Assembly (NCBI GenBank): GCA_017482495.1
Contig: JAFUMU010000045.1
Location: 1 to 52,406, forward strand
Direction: 5' to 3'
DNA length: 52,406 nt
From: Clostridia bacterium
GTDB lineage: Bacteria > Bacillota > Clostridia > Oscillospirales > CAG-272
In this document: one piece after another, positions 18,348-28,600 of the stretch
Layout: every line of letters starts with the position of its first letter
How positions within the stretch are numbered: position 1 is the stretch's first letter
Made by a program: the position numbers and the translations under genes
Notes under the pieces: generated by a model
Told to the model about the DNA's origin: nothing
What the model saw: the letters and a program-made list of their open reading frames with translations, nothing else
Database searches by the model: none

Positions 18348-18485
18348 TATTTTTTTCAGTTTTCCAAAAAAATCATCTTATTATTAAAAACTCTTTACAA
18401 ATCCGTTATTTTAGAGTAAAATATATCAGGTATACTCTGACTTGAGAGTTAATACCGTATTATGACATAAGGCGGTTATTACCAT

Positions 18486-19196
18486 ATGAGTATTTCTTAC
18501 AAAAGAGTTCTTCTGAAGCTGTCAGGCGAGGCACTTGCAGGAGAAAATGGGATCATTAATTACGACTACATCCGCGAGATCGGTAAGATAGTTCGCGGCG
18601 CAGTTGAGGAAGGCGCACAGATCGCTATTGTTGTGGGCGCAGGTAATATCTGGAGAGGCAGACAGGGATTTGTAGATATGGACAGAGTCCGCGCTGACCA
18701 GATGGGTATGCTTGCAACTGTTATCAACGCTCTTGCCATTCAGGACGCATTTGCGGCAGAGGGATGCGATGCTGTTGTTATGACGGCGGCTGAAATGAAC
18801 GCTTTTGCCGAGCACTTCACCAAGAGAGACGCAATTAAGGCTCTCGAAGATGGCAAGGTAGTTATTTTCGGCGGCGGTACAGGAAGCCCCTTTTTCTCAA
18901 CAGATACAACTGCTGTGCTTAGAGCGGCTGAGATCGAGGCAGACGTTATTATGATGGCAAAGAATATCGACGCTATCTACACAGCCGATCCCCGCAAGGA
19001 TCCTAACGCTGTTCGTCTTGAAGAAACCACATACGAATACATCCTCGAAAATAAGCTTGGCGCCATCGATATCACAGCAGCAAGTCTCGCTATGGATAAC
19101 GGACTTCCCCTCTACTGCTTCGGTCTTGATAAGGCAGAGAATATCGGACGCGTTATCAGAGGCGAGAGGATCGGTACTAAAGTAAATTGCAAATAA
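18486..19196 (+). CDS. pyrH: UMP kinase
   Basis: 236 aa. YKRVLLKLSGEAL and GAGNIWRG motifs. Confidence 0.95.
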   Translation: MSISYKRVLLKLSGEALAGENGIINYDYIREIGKIVRGAVEEGAQIAIVVGAGNIWRGRQGFVDMDRVRADQMGMLATVINALAIQDAFAAEGCDAVVMTAAEMNAFAEHFTKRDAIKALEDGKVVIFGGGTGSPFFSTDTTAVLRAAEIEADVIMMAKNIDAIYTADPRKDPNAVRLEETTYEYILENKLGAIDITAASLAMDNGLPLYCFGLDKAENIGRVIRGERIGTKVNCK

Positions 19197-19212
19197 TAAC
19201 GGAGGCATAGAT

Positions 19213-19842
19213 ATGGAACAGAAATTTTATATATGCGAGCATTGCGGTAAGATAGTTGCTCTTGTACGTGAAAGCGGAGTTCCCGTAATGTGCTGCGGAC
19301 AGAAGATGAAGGAGATCATCCCCGGAACAACAGATGCCGCAGTCGAAAAGCATGTTCCCGCATACACAGTTGATAATAATAAGGTGTATGTAACCATCGG
19401 CGAGGTAGAGCACCCCATGACAGAGGAGCACTACATCGAATGGGTATCCATTCAGACCAATAGCGGTAACCAGAGAAAGGCTCTTCACCCCGGAGATGCC
19501 CCCTCTGTGTGCTTTGCACTTTGTGATGGAGAGGTAGTTGAGGCAGTTTATGCATACTGTAACCTTCACAGTCTCTGGAAGGCTGAAAAGGAAACCGTTA
19601 TTCCTGTATGCGACCTTAAGCCTGTAGATACAAAGGCTGTTGAGAATTACATAGTGTGTAAGTGTAACAACGTAAGCTATTTCGATATCCTTGACGAGCT
19701 CCATAAGCACAGCGATATAGGCGAGCTTCTTGAGGCATTCGAAGCAGTCAAGGATACAACACGTTGCTCAACAGGATGCGGCGGATGCTACGATAAAGTG
19801 CTTCACATTATTTCAGATGCCATTATGAACGGCAAAAACTGA
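19213..19842 (+). CDS. Desulfoferrodoxin (2Fe superoxide reductase) fused to a C-terminal BFD-like [2Fe-2S] domain
   Basis: Desulforedoxin-like CEHCG...MCCG. SOR centre II ligands EKHVP, EHPM, EHYIEW, CNLHSLW (to about residue 125). About 85 extra residues follow, with VCKCNNVS...(35 aa)...CSTGCGGC, a BFD-type cysteine pattern. RBS GGAGG. Confidence 0.8.
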   Translation: MEQKFYICEHCGKIVALVRESGVPVMCCGQKMKEIIPGTTDAAVEKHVPAYTVDNNKVYVTIGEVEHPMTEEHYIEWVSIQTNSGNQRKALHPGDAPSVCFALCDGEVVEAVYAYCNLHSLWKAEKETVIPVCDLKPVDTKAVENYIVCKCNNVSYFDILDELHKHSDIGELLEAFEAVKDTTRCSTGCGGCYDKVLHIISDAIMNGKN

Positions 19843-19874
19843 TAAGTTAATATTTTGAAAGGTTAATATAAATT

Positions 19875-20429
19875 ATGAAAATCGATTGCAAGCCCTATGA
19901 AGAAAAAATGAAGAAGACCATCTCTGTATACCAGGGACAGCTTGATACTATCCGCGCAGGAAGAGCTAACCCCGCTGTTCTCAACGGTATCATGGTTGAA
20001 TACTACGGCACACCCACAGCTATCAACCAGATGGCAGAGGTAAAGGTCGCAGACGCACGCACAGTTACCATCACTCCCTGGGATATGACAACTGTTAAGA
20101 CTATCGAGAAGGAAATCCTTGCTTCCGACATCGGTATCACACCTATGTCCGACGGTAAGGTCATCCGCCTCACATTCCCCCAGCCCACAGAAGAGCGCCG
20201 CCGCGAGCTTACAAAGCAGACAGCTAAGATGGGTGAGGATACAAAGGTTTCCGTACGTAACATTCGCCGTGACGCAGTTGATGCAGCTAAGGTCATGAAG
20301 AAGAACGGTGAGATGACAGAGGATGAACTCAAGGCAAGCGAAAAGCTCATTCAGGATCTTACAGACAAATATATCAAGGAGATCGATGCAGTTACTTCCA
20401 AGAAGAACGCAGAAATCATGGAAGTATAA
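19875..20429 (+). CDS. frr: Ribosome recycling factor
   Basis: 184 aa. RAGRANPAVL, ITPWD and VRNIRRDA motifs. Confidence 0.95.
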   Translation: MKIDCKPYEEKMKKTISVYQGQLDTIRAGRANPAVLNGIMVEYYGTPTAINQMAEVKVADARTVTITPWDMTTVKTIEKEILASDIGITPMSDGKVIRLTFPQPTEERRRELTKQTAKMGEDTKVSVRNIRRDAVDAAKVMKKNGEMTEDELKASEKLIQDLTDKYIKEIDAVTSKKNAEIMEV

Positions 20430-20449
20430 TTCAATCTTCTTTTTGACCG

Positions 20450-20479
20450 CGCCTTGGCTATGCTCTCATAGCCAAGGCG
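20450..20479 (+). terminator. Hairpin after frr (weak U-tract)
   Basis: CGCCTTGGCTATG-CTCT-CATAGCCAAGGCG, followed by GTCTGTCGTTTATTATTTG. Confidence 0.5.
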
Positions 20480-20571
20480 GTCTGTCGTTTATTATTTGTT
20501 ATTTATCATATAATTCCATAAATAGTAAATAATAGATTGCAGACCAACAGTAACGAAAGGATACGGTAATT

Positions 20572-21324
20572 ATGCTTTTTAAAAAGAAAAACACAGATAT
20601 CGACCTCTCCTCTCTGGATATGAAAAAGGTCGTAAGCGATGCAAAGCTTTCCCATATAGCCTTTATCATGGACGGAAACGGTCGTTGGGCTACTAATAAA
20701 GGGCTTCCCCGTGAAGCAGGCCACAAGGTGGGCGTCGAAGCCTTCCGTACCATCGCAAAAAAGTGTAAGGAATACGGGATCAAGACCATAACAATATACG
20801 CATTCTCCACAGAAAACTGGTCCAGACCGAAAAATGAAGTAAACGAGATCATGCGGCTTCTGGATAAATACATATCCGAGGCAGAAAAGGAAGACGCAGA
20901 AAACCGCTCACGATATTATGTTTTGGGAGATAAGGAGCGACTCGGTCCTGAGCTTAAGGCAAAATGTGAATATCTTGAGGAATTCACCCGCGATAATCCC
21001 TACGTTGTAAATATCGCCCTTAACTACGGCGGCAGAGACGAAATAGTCCGCGCAGTAAATAAGCTTATTGCTGAAGGAAAAACAGAAGTAACGGAGGAAG
21101 ATATATCCTCACACATCTTTACAGCCCACTGTCCCGACCCCGATCTTATAGTGAGAAGCGGAGGAGAGTGCAGAATATCCAACTTCCTTATGTGGCAGTC
21201 AGCATATTCCGAGCTGTATTTCTGCGACACACTTTGGCCCGATATGGGCGACTATGAGCTCAGAGAAGCAATAGTCGAATTCTCAAAAAGAAAAAGACGC
21301 TTCGGCGGAGTAATCAATAAATAA
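20572..21324 (+). CDS. uppS: Undecaprenyl diphosphate synthase
   Basis: 250 aa. HIAFIMDGNGRWA, YAFSTENW and RSGGE.RISNFLLWQ-type motifs. Confidence 0.95.
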   Translation: MLFKKKNTDIDLSSLDMKKVVSDAKLSHIAFIMDGNGRWATNKGLPREAGHKVGVEAFRTIAKKCKEYGIKTITIYAFSTENWSRPKNEVNEIMRLLDKYISEAEKEDAENRSRYYVLGDKERLGPELKAKCEYLEEFTRDNPYVVNIALNYGGRDEIVRAVNKLIAEGKTEVTEEDISSHIFTAHCPDPDLIVRSGGECRISNFLMWQSAYSELYFCDTLWPDMGDYELREAIVEFSKRKRRFGGVINK

Positions 21325-21346
21325 CATCATCGAAAGGTTTTTTATC

Positions 21347-22174
21347 ATGCTTAAAAGAGTAATTACAGGTGCAATACTGGCGATACTTCTTGTGGTGCTG
21401 GTGATCTTCTCGGACACCTTGGCTTTTCCTATCGCTCTCGGAGTGTGCGCGTTTATCGGAGTTCATGAAATGCTTGGATGTATAGGTATGAGAAAAAATA
21501 TCATTATATCCGTATGTATGTATGCAATGACGGTCACTACCACAGTTATATCCATCCAGCTTACATCCCACTCTGTTTTTATCGCTACATTTGCATCCAT
21601 ACTTTTCTGTATACTTATGCTTATGTTTGCCTGCTCCGTTTTTTCACACGGCGCTATTCCCTATGAAAAGGTGTGCATCACCTTCACATCCTGTACCTTC
21701 GTTATTATAGGATTCCTCAGTCTTGTCCTCCTTCGCGATATGGAGGTAGGTAAATATGTATTTGTTCTGGCATTTCTCGGTCCCTGGATCACCGATACCT
21801 TCGCTTATTTAACCGGATTTTTCTTGGGACGTCATAAGCTTATTCCCGATGTCAGCCCTAAAAAAACTATTGAGGGAAGCGTAGGCGGAACTCTCTTCTG
21901 TATAGGCTTCTGCGCATTGTACGGATACATTTTCAGAAACTATGTTTATGCAGAGCTGCCTCCCGTTTACGTATTCGCTGTGCTTGGACTTATTATCGCT
22001 TTCGTTTCTCAGGTAGGCGACCTTATCTTCTCGCTCATTAAGCGTAAATACGGCATCAAGGACTACGGATTTATCTTCCCCGGACACGGCGGTATCCTTG
22101 ACCGTTTTGACTCAATAATCGCCACAGCCCCCCTGCTTCTCATTTTTTTTGAAGCTATTACAAGAATTGGTTGA
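21347..22174 (+). CDS. cdsA: Phosphatidate cytidylyltransferase
   Basis: 275 aa polytopic protein. C-terminal KRKYGIKDYGFIFPGHGGILDRFDS signature. Confidence 0.9.
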   Translation: MLKRVITGAILAILLVVLVIFSDTLAFPIALGVCAFIGVHEMLGCIGMRKNIIISVCMYAMTVTTTVISIQLTSHSVFIATFASILFCILMLMFACSVFSHGAIPYEKVCITFTSCTFVIIGFLSLVLLRDMEVGKYVFVLAFLGPWITDTFAYLTGFFLGRHKLIPDVSPKKTIEGSVGGTLFCIGFCALYGYIFRNYVYAELPPVYVFAVLGLIIAFVSQVGDLIFSLIKRKYGIKDYGFIFPGHGGILDRFDSIIATAPLLLIFFEAITRIG

Positions 22175-22180
22175 TGAATT

Positions 22181-23374
22181 ATGGACTACAATAATATTAA
22201 AACAGCTATACTTGGCTCCACAGGCTCAGTAGGTACTCAAGCAATAGACGCACTTTCTCAGTTTGGAGCGGAGATCACTATGCTTGCCGCAGGAAAAAAT
22301 CACGAAAAGCTTATTGAACAGGCTCTGGCAGTTAATCCTCGCATAGTTGCAACATCTGACGAAACATGTGCCGAAAAGCTTAAAGAAGCACTGTCACATA
22401 CCCATATAAAAATATACAGCGGTGAAGATGCAGTTTGCCGTGCAATATACGATTGCGGCGCATCTCTCATAGTCCATTCCATCTCAGGCATGGCAGGACT
22501 TCCCGCCGCCCTTGCTGCCGCAGAAACAGGAGCAAGGATCGCCATGGCAAATAAGGAAGCGCTTATTGCCGCAGGGCACCTCATCTACAACAGACTTGAA
22601 AAAAGCGGCGGAGAGCTTATCCCCGTTGACAGCGAGCACAGCGCCATCTTCCAGTGTCTCTGTGCGCAGGGCGCCGCTCACCCCTCACGCCAGGCAGATC
22701 CAAGCAAAGTGCGGCGCATACTTCTCACCGCATCCGGTGGACCCTTTTTCGGTTGGAACAGCGAACAGCTCGATACTGTCACTCCGGAGATGGCACTTGC
22801 CCACCCTACTTGGAAAATGGGGCCTAAGATCACTGTTGATTGCGCGACCCTCATGAATAAAGGCTTCGAGCTTATTGAGGCATGCCGTCTTTTCGGTGTG
22901 GACAGCAGTAAGGTAGAGGTGCTTATACACAGACAAAGTATAATCCATTCAATGGTTGAATACATTGATACATCAGTAATTGCTCAGCTCTCCTATCCCG
23001 ATATGAGAGACTGCGTGCGCTTCGCACTGACATATCCCGACAGGGCTCCCGCAGGAAGCCCTCCCCTTGACTTTGCCAAGGTAGGAACACTTACCTTCCA
23101 CGAGCCCGATAACGAAGCATTCCCTCTCCTGAATCTTGCAAGAGAAACATGGAGCCGCGGCGGAACTGCCCCTGCTTCACTCATTGCCGCTGATGAAGAA
23201 GCAGTTGACGCTTTTCTGAAGAAAAAGATAGGCTTCGGAGATATCGCGAGGGTAGTCATTGCGGCAATGAATAAGATCACCGTGTATGATGCGGACAGCG
23301 AAGCTCCTATATATAGAGCGGAGCAAGAAGCAAGATGTATTACAGGAGATATCATTAAAGCGATCTCCAAATGA
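22181..23374 (+). CDS. dxr: 1-deoxy-D-xylulose 5-phosphate reductoisomerase
   Basis: 397 aa. GSTGSVGTQ, ANKE, DSEHSAIFQC and LTASGGPF motifs. Confidence 0.95.
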   Translation: MDYNNIKTAILGSTGSVGTQAIDALSQFGAEITMLAAGKNHEKLIEQALAVNPRIVATSDETCAEKLKEALSHTHIKIYSGEDAVCRAIYDCGASLIVHSISGMAGLPAALAAAETGARIAMANKEALIAAGHLIYNRLEKSGGELIPVDSEHSAIFQCLCAQGAAHPSRQADPSKVRRILLTASGGPFFGWNSEQLDTVTPEMALAHPTWKMGPKITVDCATLMNKGFELIEACRLFGVDSSKVEVLIHRQSIIHSMVEYIDTSVIAQLSYPDMRDCVRFALTYPDRAPAGSPPLDFAKVGTLTFHEPDNEAFPLLNLARETWSRGGTAPASLIAADEEAVDAFLKKKIGFGDIARVVIAAMNKITVYDADSEAPIYRAEQEARCITGDIIKAISK

Positions 23375-23393
23375 ATCCCGAAAGGCAAATACT

Positions 23394-24488
23394 ATGACAA
23401 AAATCCTCTATGTGGTCCTTGCCGTCCTTATTTTCGGACTCCTCATCTTCATCCATGAGGGCGGACATTTTCTCTTTGCACGCCTTTTCAAGGTGTCTGT
23501 CAAGGAGTTTGCTATAGGCATGGGCCCGAAAATCTTTTCAAAAACATCTAAAAAAAGCGGCATCGCATATTCGCTCAGACTTTTCCCCATCGGCGGCTTT
23601 GTTAGCATGGAGGGAGAGGATGAGGAATCTGACGATCCTAATGCCTTCAATAAAAAGCCTGTATGGCAGAGAATAATCATAGTGGCAGCAGGCGCCGCAA
23701 CCAATATTATTGTAGGTATGCTGGTAATGTCCATCCTTGTTTTCAATTCTGAAATACTTGGGTCAACAGTCGTTGCCGAGGTGAAGGAGGACACAGCATC
23801 TTATCAGGCAGGACTGCGAGTGGATGACGTGGTGCTTGAAGTAGACGGTGTGGACGTCCATATTATGGATGAGCTGACATATCAAATAATGAGACGTGGT
23901 ATCAAACCTGTTGATCTGACTGTACGCAGATATGAAAAAACTGAAGATGAAAACGGCGAGACCGTTATCAATACAAAAAAATATGAAACTATCACTATAG
24001 AGGACGTACAGTTCCCCGTCGACAGTACAGAAGGCTATTCATTTGGAAATATGGACTTTAAGGTGTACCGAGAGAATATAACCTTTCCCGTCCTTGTTAA
24101 GCATTCGTTCTACCGTTCCATATATACAGTGAGAATGATATGGGAATCCCTTATCGACCTTGTTTCGGGACGCTACGGTATGGAGGCTGTATCGGGACCT
24201 GTGGGAGTAACTGAGGCTCTGACTGATGCCATCGACACCGACGTCAAAACAGGATCAAATAACTTTGTCTATCTGGCAGTGGTCATCAGCATGAATCTGG
24301 GCGTTATGAACCTGCTTCCCCTCCCGGCACTTGACGGAGGACGCCTTGTTTTCCTAATTATCGAAGCTATCCGCAGAAAGCCGGTTAAGGCAGAGGTTGA
24401 AGGATATATCCATTTTGCAGGCATAGTAGTGCTTATGGCATTAATGGTGCTTATATGCATCAAGGATGTTATCGGTCTTATGGGCTGA
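23394..24488 (+). CDS. rseP: RIP site-2 metalloprotease RseP/YluC
   Basis: HEGGHF zinc motif in TM1, PDZ-like middle region, C-terminal NLLPLPALDGG. Start set at the ATG at 23394 because the ORF-track start at 23286 overlaps dxr by 89 nt. Confidence 0.9.
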   Translation: MTKILYVVLAVLIFGLLIFIHEGGHFLFARLFKVSVKEFAIGMGPKIFSKTSKKSGIAYSLRLFPIGGFVSMEGEDEESDDPNAFNKKPVWQRIIIVAAGAATNIIVGMLVMSILVFNSEILGSTVVAEVKEDTASYQAGLRVDDVVLEVDGVDVHIMDELTYQIMRRGIKPVDLTVRRYEKTEDENGETVINTKKYETITIEDVQFPVDSTEGYSFGNMDFKVYRENITFPVLVKHSFYRSIYTVRMIWESLIDLVSGRYGMEAVSGPVGVTEALTDAIDTDVKTGSNNFVYLAVVISMNLGVMNLLPLPALDGGRLVFLIIEAIRRKPVKAEVEGYIHFAGIVVLMALMVLICIKDVIGLMG

Positions 24489-24555
24489 GGGGAGACTTTT
24501 TGAAAGCATTTATGCTACGATCAGTATGAAATCTACAGATTCGGAGTTTTAAACT

Positions 24556-25626
24556 ATGGAAAGAAAGATCACAAGAACGGTTAAAGCAGGAAATGTGCTC
24601 ATCGGCGGAGGCAATCCCATTCCTGTCCAGTCTATGACAAACACACCTGCTGAGAATTTTGAAGCAACAGTTGCCCAGATGCTCTCATTGCAGAAGTCAG
24701 GCTGTGAGATAATACGCGCAGCCGCTCCAAACGAAGCTGCTGCCGAAGTATTTGCTCATGCAAAAAAGGCAGGAGTCGCCATCCCTATGGTGGCAGATAT
24801 CCATTTCGATTATAAAATCGCCCTTGCAGCACTGAGAGCAGGTGCAGATAAAATAAGGATCAATCCCGGTAATATAGGAGAGCGCTGGAAGGTAGAAGAA
24901 GTGGCGAAAGCTTGCAAGGCAGCAGGTGTACCTATCAGGATCGGAGTTAACGGCGGCTCTCTTGAAAAGGGACTGCTTCAGAAATACGGAGGCCCCACAG
25001 CAGAGGCTCTCAGCGAAAGCGCCCTTACACAGGCTGATATGCTTGAAAGCTTTGGATTTACAGATACTGTTATCTCTATAAAGAGCTCTCACATAGACAG
25101 AATGATTAAGGCTTGTCAGCTTGTTTCAGAGCAGTCCGACTACCCCATCCACCTTGGAGTAACTGAAGCAGGCGATGAATATTCAGGACTTATTAAAAAT
25201 TCCATCGGTATCGGCAGCGTGCTCAGTCAGGGGATCGGAGATACACTGAGAGTATCCCTTACAGCAGATCCCAAGAGAGAAGTTATGGCAGGAAAGGAGA
25301 TACTCGCATCTCTCGGACTTCGTAACGGAGGCATAGATATCATCTCCTGCCCTACATGCGGAAGAACAAAAATCGACCTGATATCCCTCTCAAAGCAGTT
25401 CAGAGAAGCTATTGAAGGCATCGATACCAAAGGGAAAAAGATAACATGTGCAATAATGGGCTGTGTTGTCAACGGTCCGGGAGAAGCAAGAGAAGCAGAC
25501 TTCGGAATCGCAGGAGGCGACGGCTGTGCTATGCTGTTCCGACACGGAGAAACAGTCTGCAAGATCGACGAAAACGATATTATACCCGCACTTCTCCGCG
25601 AAATAGACAGAATGATAAACGAATAA
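24556..25626 (+). CDS. ispG: 4-hydroxy-3-methylbut-2-en-1-yl diphosphate synthase
   Basis: 356 aa. IPVQSMTNT, RINPGNIG and CPTCGR...GCVVNGPGE cluster motifs. Confidence 0.95.
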   Translation: MERKITRTVKAGNVLIGGGNPIPVQSMTNTPAENFEATVAQMLSLQKSGCEIIRAAAPNEAAAEVFAHAKKAGVAIPMVADIHFDYKIALAALRAGADKIRINPGNIGERWKVEEVAKACKAAGVPIRIGVNGGSLEKGLLQKYGGPTAEALSESALTQADMLESFGFTDTVISIKSSHIDRMIKACQLVSEQSDYPIHLGVTEAGDEYSGLIKNSIGIGSVLSQGIGDTLRVSLTADPKREVMAGKEILASLGLRNGGIDIISCPTCGRTKIDLISLSKQFREAIEGIDTKGKKITCAIMGCVVNGPGEAREADFGIAGGDGCAMLFRHGETVCKIDENDIIPALLREIDRMINE

Positions 25627-25642
25627 ACAGAAAGGCAGAATA

Positions 25643-28600
25643 ATGGCTCAGACAAGAACATTAAAAAGTATTTTTTCCAAATTTGTTCCGTCAGATGCTT
25701 TTTGCGAAAAGATTTTTGCAAACGCCGAAAATGCTGTTCTTTCAGGCGACCGCGAGAAAAAAATGTATCAGGTCGCCTTTTCTGTTCCCTTTTTGATACC
25801 AAAGGAAAAATTATATACCCTTGAGGAATCCATCGCAGAACTTTATGATCTCAATTACGTAAAGCTTCTTCCCAGCTATCCTCCGGAGCTTTTCACCCCC
25901 TCATATATGTCCTCAGTTTATACGGAAACAGCGAGAATAGGCGCAGTAGCTCAAGGATTCTTCAAGGATTGTAAAACAGATATACAGGACGGCGTCATAA
26001 CCATCTCCATCAACTTCTCGGAGGGAGGAGTCTCCCTTATGGAGCTGGGAAAAACAGGAGATATCATAGCCGGCATCATCAGAAGCGAATTCGGTCTTGA
26101 CTACGAGATCGAGATAAAGCCAAGCGACGATTATCAGAAATATCACGACGAATACCTTGAGCGCCAGGCTGCATTTATTCAGCAGTACCGCGAGGATGCT
26201 GTGCGACGCAAGGCAGAGTATGAAGCCAACGCAGCAGCCAAAGCAGCACAGGCAGAAGCAGAAGAGGTCCACTACGAGCGAGTGGCATCCCTTTTTGAGG
26301 GAAGCGGCGAGGCAGAAACTATAGCGGAAAATATAATCAAGGTTGGAAAGCTCACCTTTAATATTGACGGAGGAGATATACTTTACGGAGAAGGTGACTT
26401 TGATGCAAGCGACCCTACCCCTCTCCGTAATATCGACCATCCCATGAAAAGCTGTGTGGCTCTTGGTATCATATTTAATGCCACAGCTCAGGAAATACGT
26501 GGTAGCGATAAAATGGGCGTGACTATCGGCATCACCGATAAGGACAGCTCAGTCTTCTTAAAGCTGCAGCTTCCTGCAGAAACAGCAGAAGGATTTGTTA
26601 AAAGCATGAAAAGCGGAACTCCCGTTGCCGCTATCGGTCCCGTCCGCCAGGATAAAATGGGAGAATTCAATATTCAGCTCCGCACCTTGAAAAAGATCAA
26701 ACGTATCATCAGACAGGACAACGCTCCGGTTAAGCGAGTTGAACTGCATATGCATACCAACCTTTCAGCAAACGACGCCATCGCACAGCCCAAGGAAGTC
26801 GTTGCAATGGCAGGAGCTTTCGGTCACAAGGCTATAGCCATAACCGATCACGGTAATGTACAGGGATTCCCCACAGCAATGCTTGCCTCAAACGGCAAAG
26901 AGGACTTCAAGGTCATCTACGGCATCGAAGCATACTTCGTTGACGACACTGCAAGAGCCCTTTACGGTAACTGTAATATCGGCTTTGATGATGAATTTAT
27001 CGTTTTCGACCTTGAGACAACAGGACTTAATCCCCACCATTGCAAGATTACGGAAATAGGTGCTGTTAAGGTCAAAAGCGGAGAGGTGCTTGAGGTATTT
27101 AATACCTTTGTAGACCCCGAATGCCCCATTCCCGAAAACATAGTAGAGCTTACAGGTATTACCGACGAAATGGTAAAAGGTGCACCTAAAATAAAAGAGG
27201 CACTTGAAAGCTTCTTTGAATTTACAGGTAACAGATTGCTTATTGCCCACAACGCAGGCTTTGATACGGGATTTATCAAGGCGGCTGCAGATCTGTGCGA
27301 GATGCCCTTCGAGAATCCATATCTTGATACGGTATCAATGAGCCGCTACGTTAATCCTGAATTAAAGAAGCATAAACTGGATATCCTTGCAAAATATTTC
27401 GACCTTGGTGAATTTAATCACCATAGAGCCTCCGATGACTCGGAAATGCTGGCGCAGATATTCTTCCGTATGCTTGACAAGCTTCGAGACGAAGGCATCA
27501 CCGACTTTGAGCAGATGACGAGAGCTATGAGCGAAAAGGCCGATCCCCTTAAGCTCCGTCCTTATCATCAGATAATCATAGCCAAAGACCTTGTAGGACT
27601 TAAAAATCTCTACAAGCTTATATCCGACTCTTATCTTACATACTATAAAAAGGTTCCAAGAATCCCCAAGACCCGCTTAATGGAGCTTCGCGAGGGCCTT
27701 ATCATAGGATCCGCCTGCGAAGCGGGCGAGCTTTTTACAGCAATTCTTGAAAACAAGCCTCAGGCAGAGATAGACGAAATAGCCTCCTTCTACGACTATC
27801 TTGAGATACAACCAATCGCCAACAACACCTTTATGATAGACAAGGGACTTGTTCCCGACGTGGAGGCGCTCCGCGAGCTGAACCGCAAGATAGTTGCCCT
27901 GGGAGATAAGCTCGGCAAGCCCGTCTGCGCAACCTGCGACGCTCACTATCTTGATCCCGAGGACGATATCTACAGAAGAATACTTCTCTCAAAATTTGCA
28001 GACGGTGACAGACCTCATCAGCTATACCTGAGAACCACAGAGGAAATGCTTGAGGAATTTGCATATCTGGGAGAGGAAAAGGCATATGAGGTGGTTGTTA
28101 CCAACACCAATCTTATTGCCGACATGGTTGAAAAGATCAAGCCTATTCCCGACGGCAAATACGACCCTCACATTGACGGATGCGAGGAGGAGCTTACGGA
28201 AAACTGCTATAAGCTGGCACGGGAAATGTTCGGCGATCCCCTTCCCCCTCAGGTTGAAAGCAGACTTGAAAGAGAGCTTAACGCTATTATCAAAAACGGA
28301 TTTGCCGTTATGTACGTTATCGCCCGCCGTCTTGTTGAAAACAGCGAGGAAAAGGGATATCAGGTAGGCTCCAGAGGAAGCGTTGGCTCGTCCTTTGCGG
28401 CGATGATGGGCGGAATAACCAAGGTTAACTCTCTGCCTCCTCACTACAGATGCACCAATCCCCAATGCAAATACAGCGAATGGCACGAATCCGGCGACGT
28501 TAAGTCGGGATTTGATCTGCCGCCCAAGGACTGCCCCAAGTGCGGCAAGCCCGATATGGTGCGCGACGGCCACGATATTCCCTTCGAGACCTTCCTTGGC

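Noticed and set aside
17949-18419. ORFs of 74 and 98 aa upstream of dnaX
   Set aside because: They overlap the SRP RNA gene, which is supported by its domain IV motif, terminal helix, own promoter and synteny. Neither ORF has an RBS.
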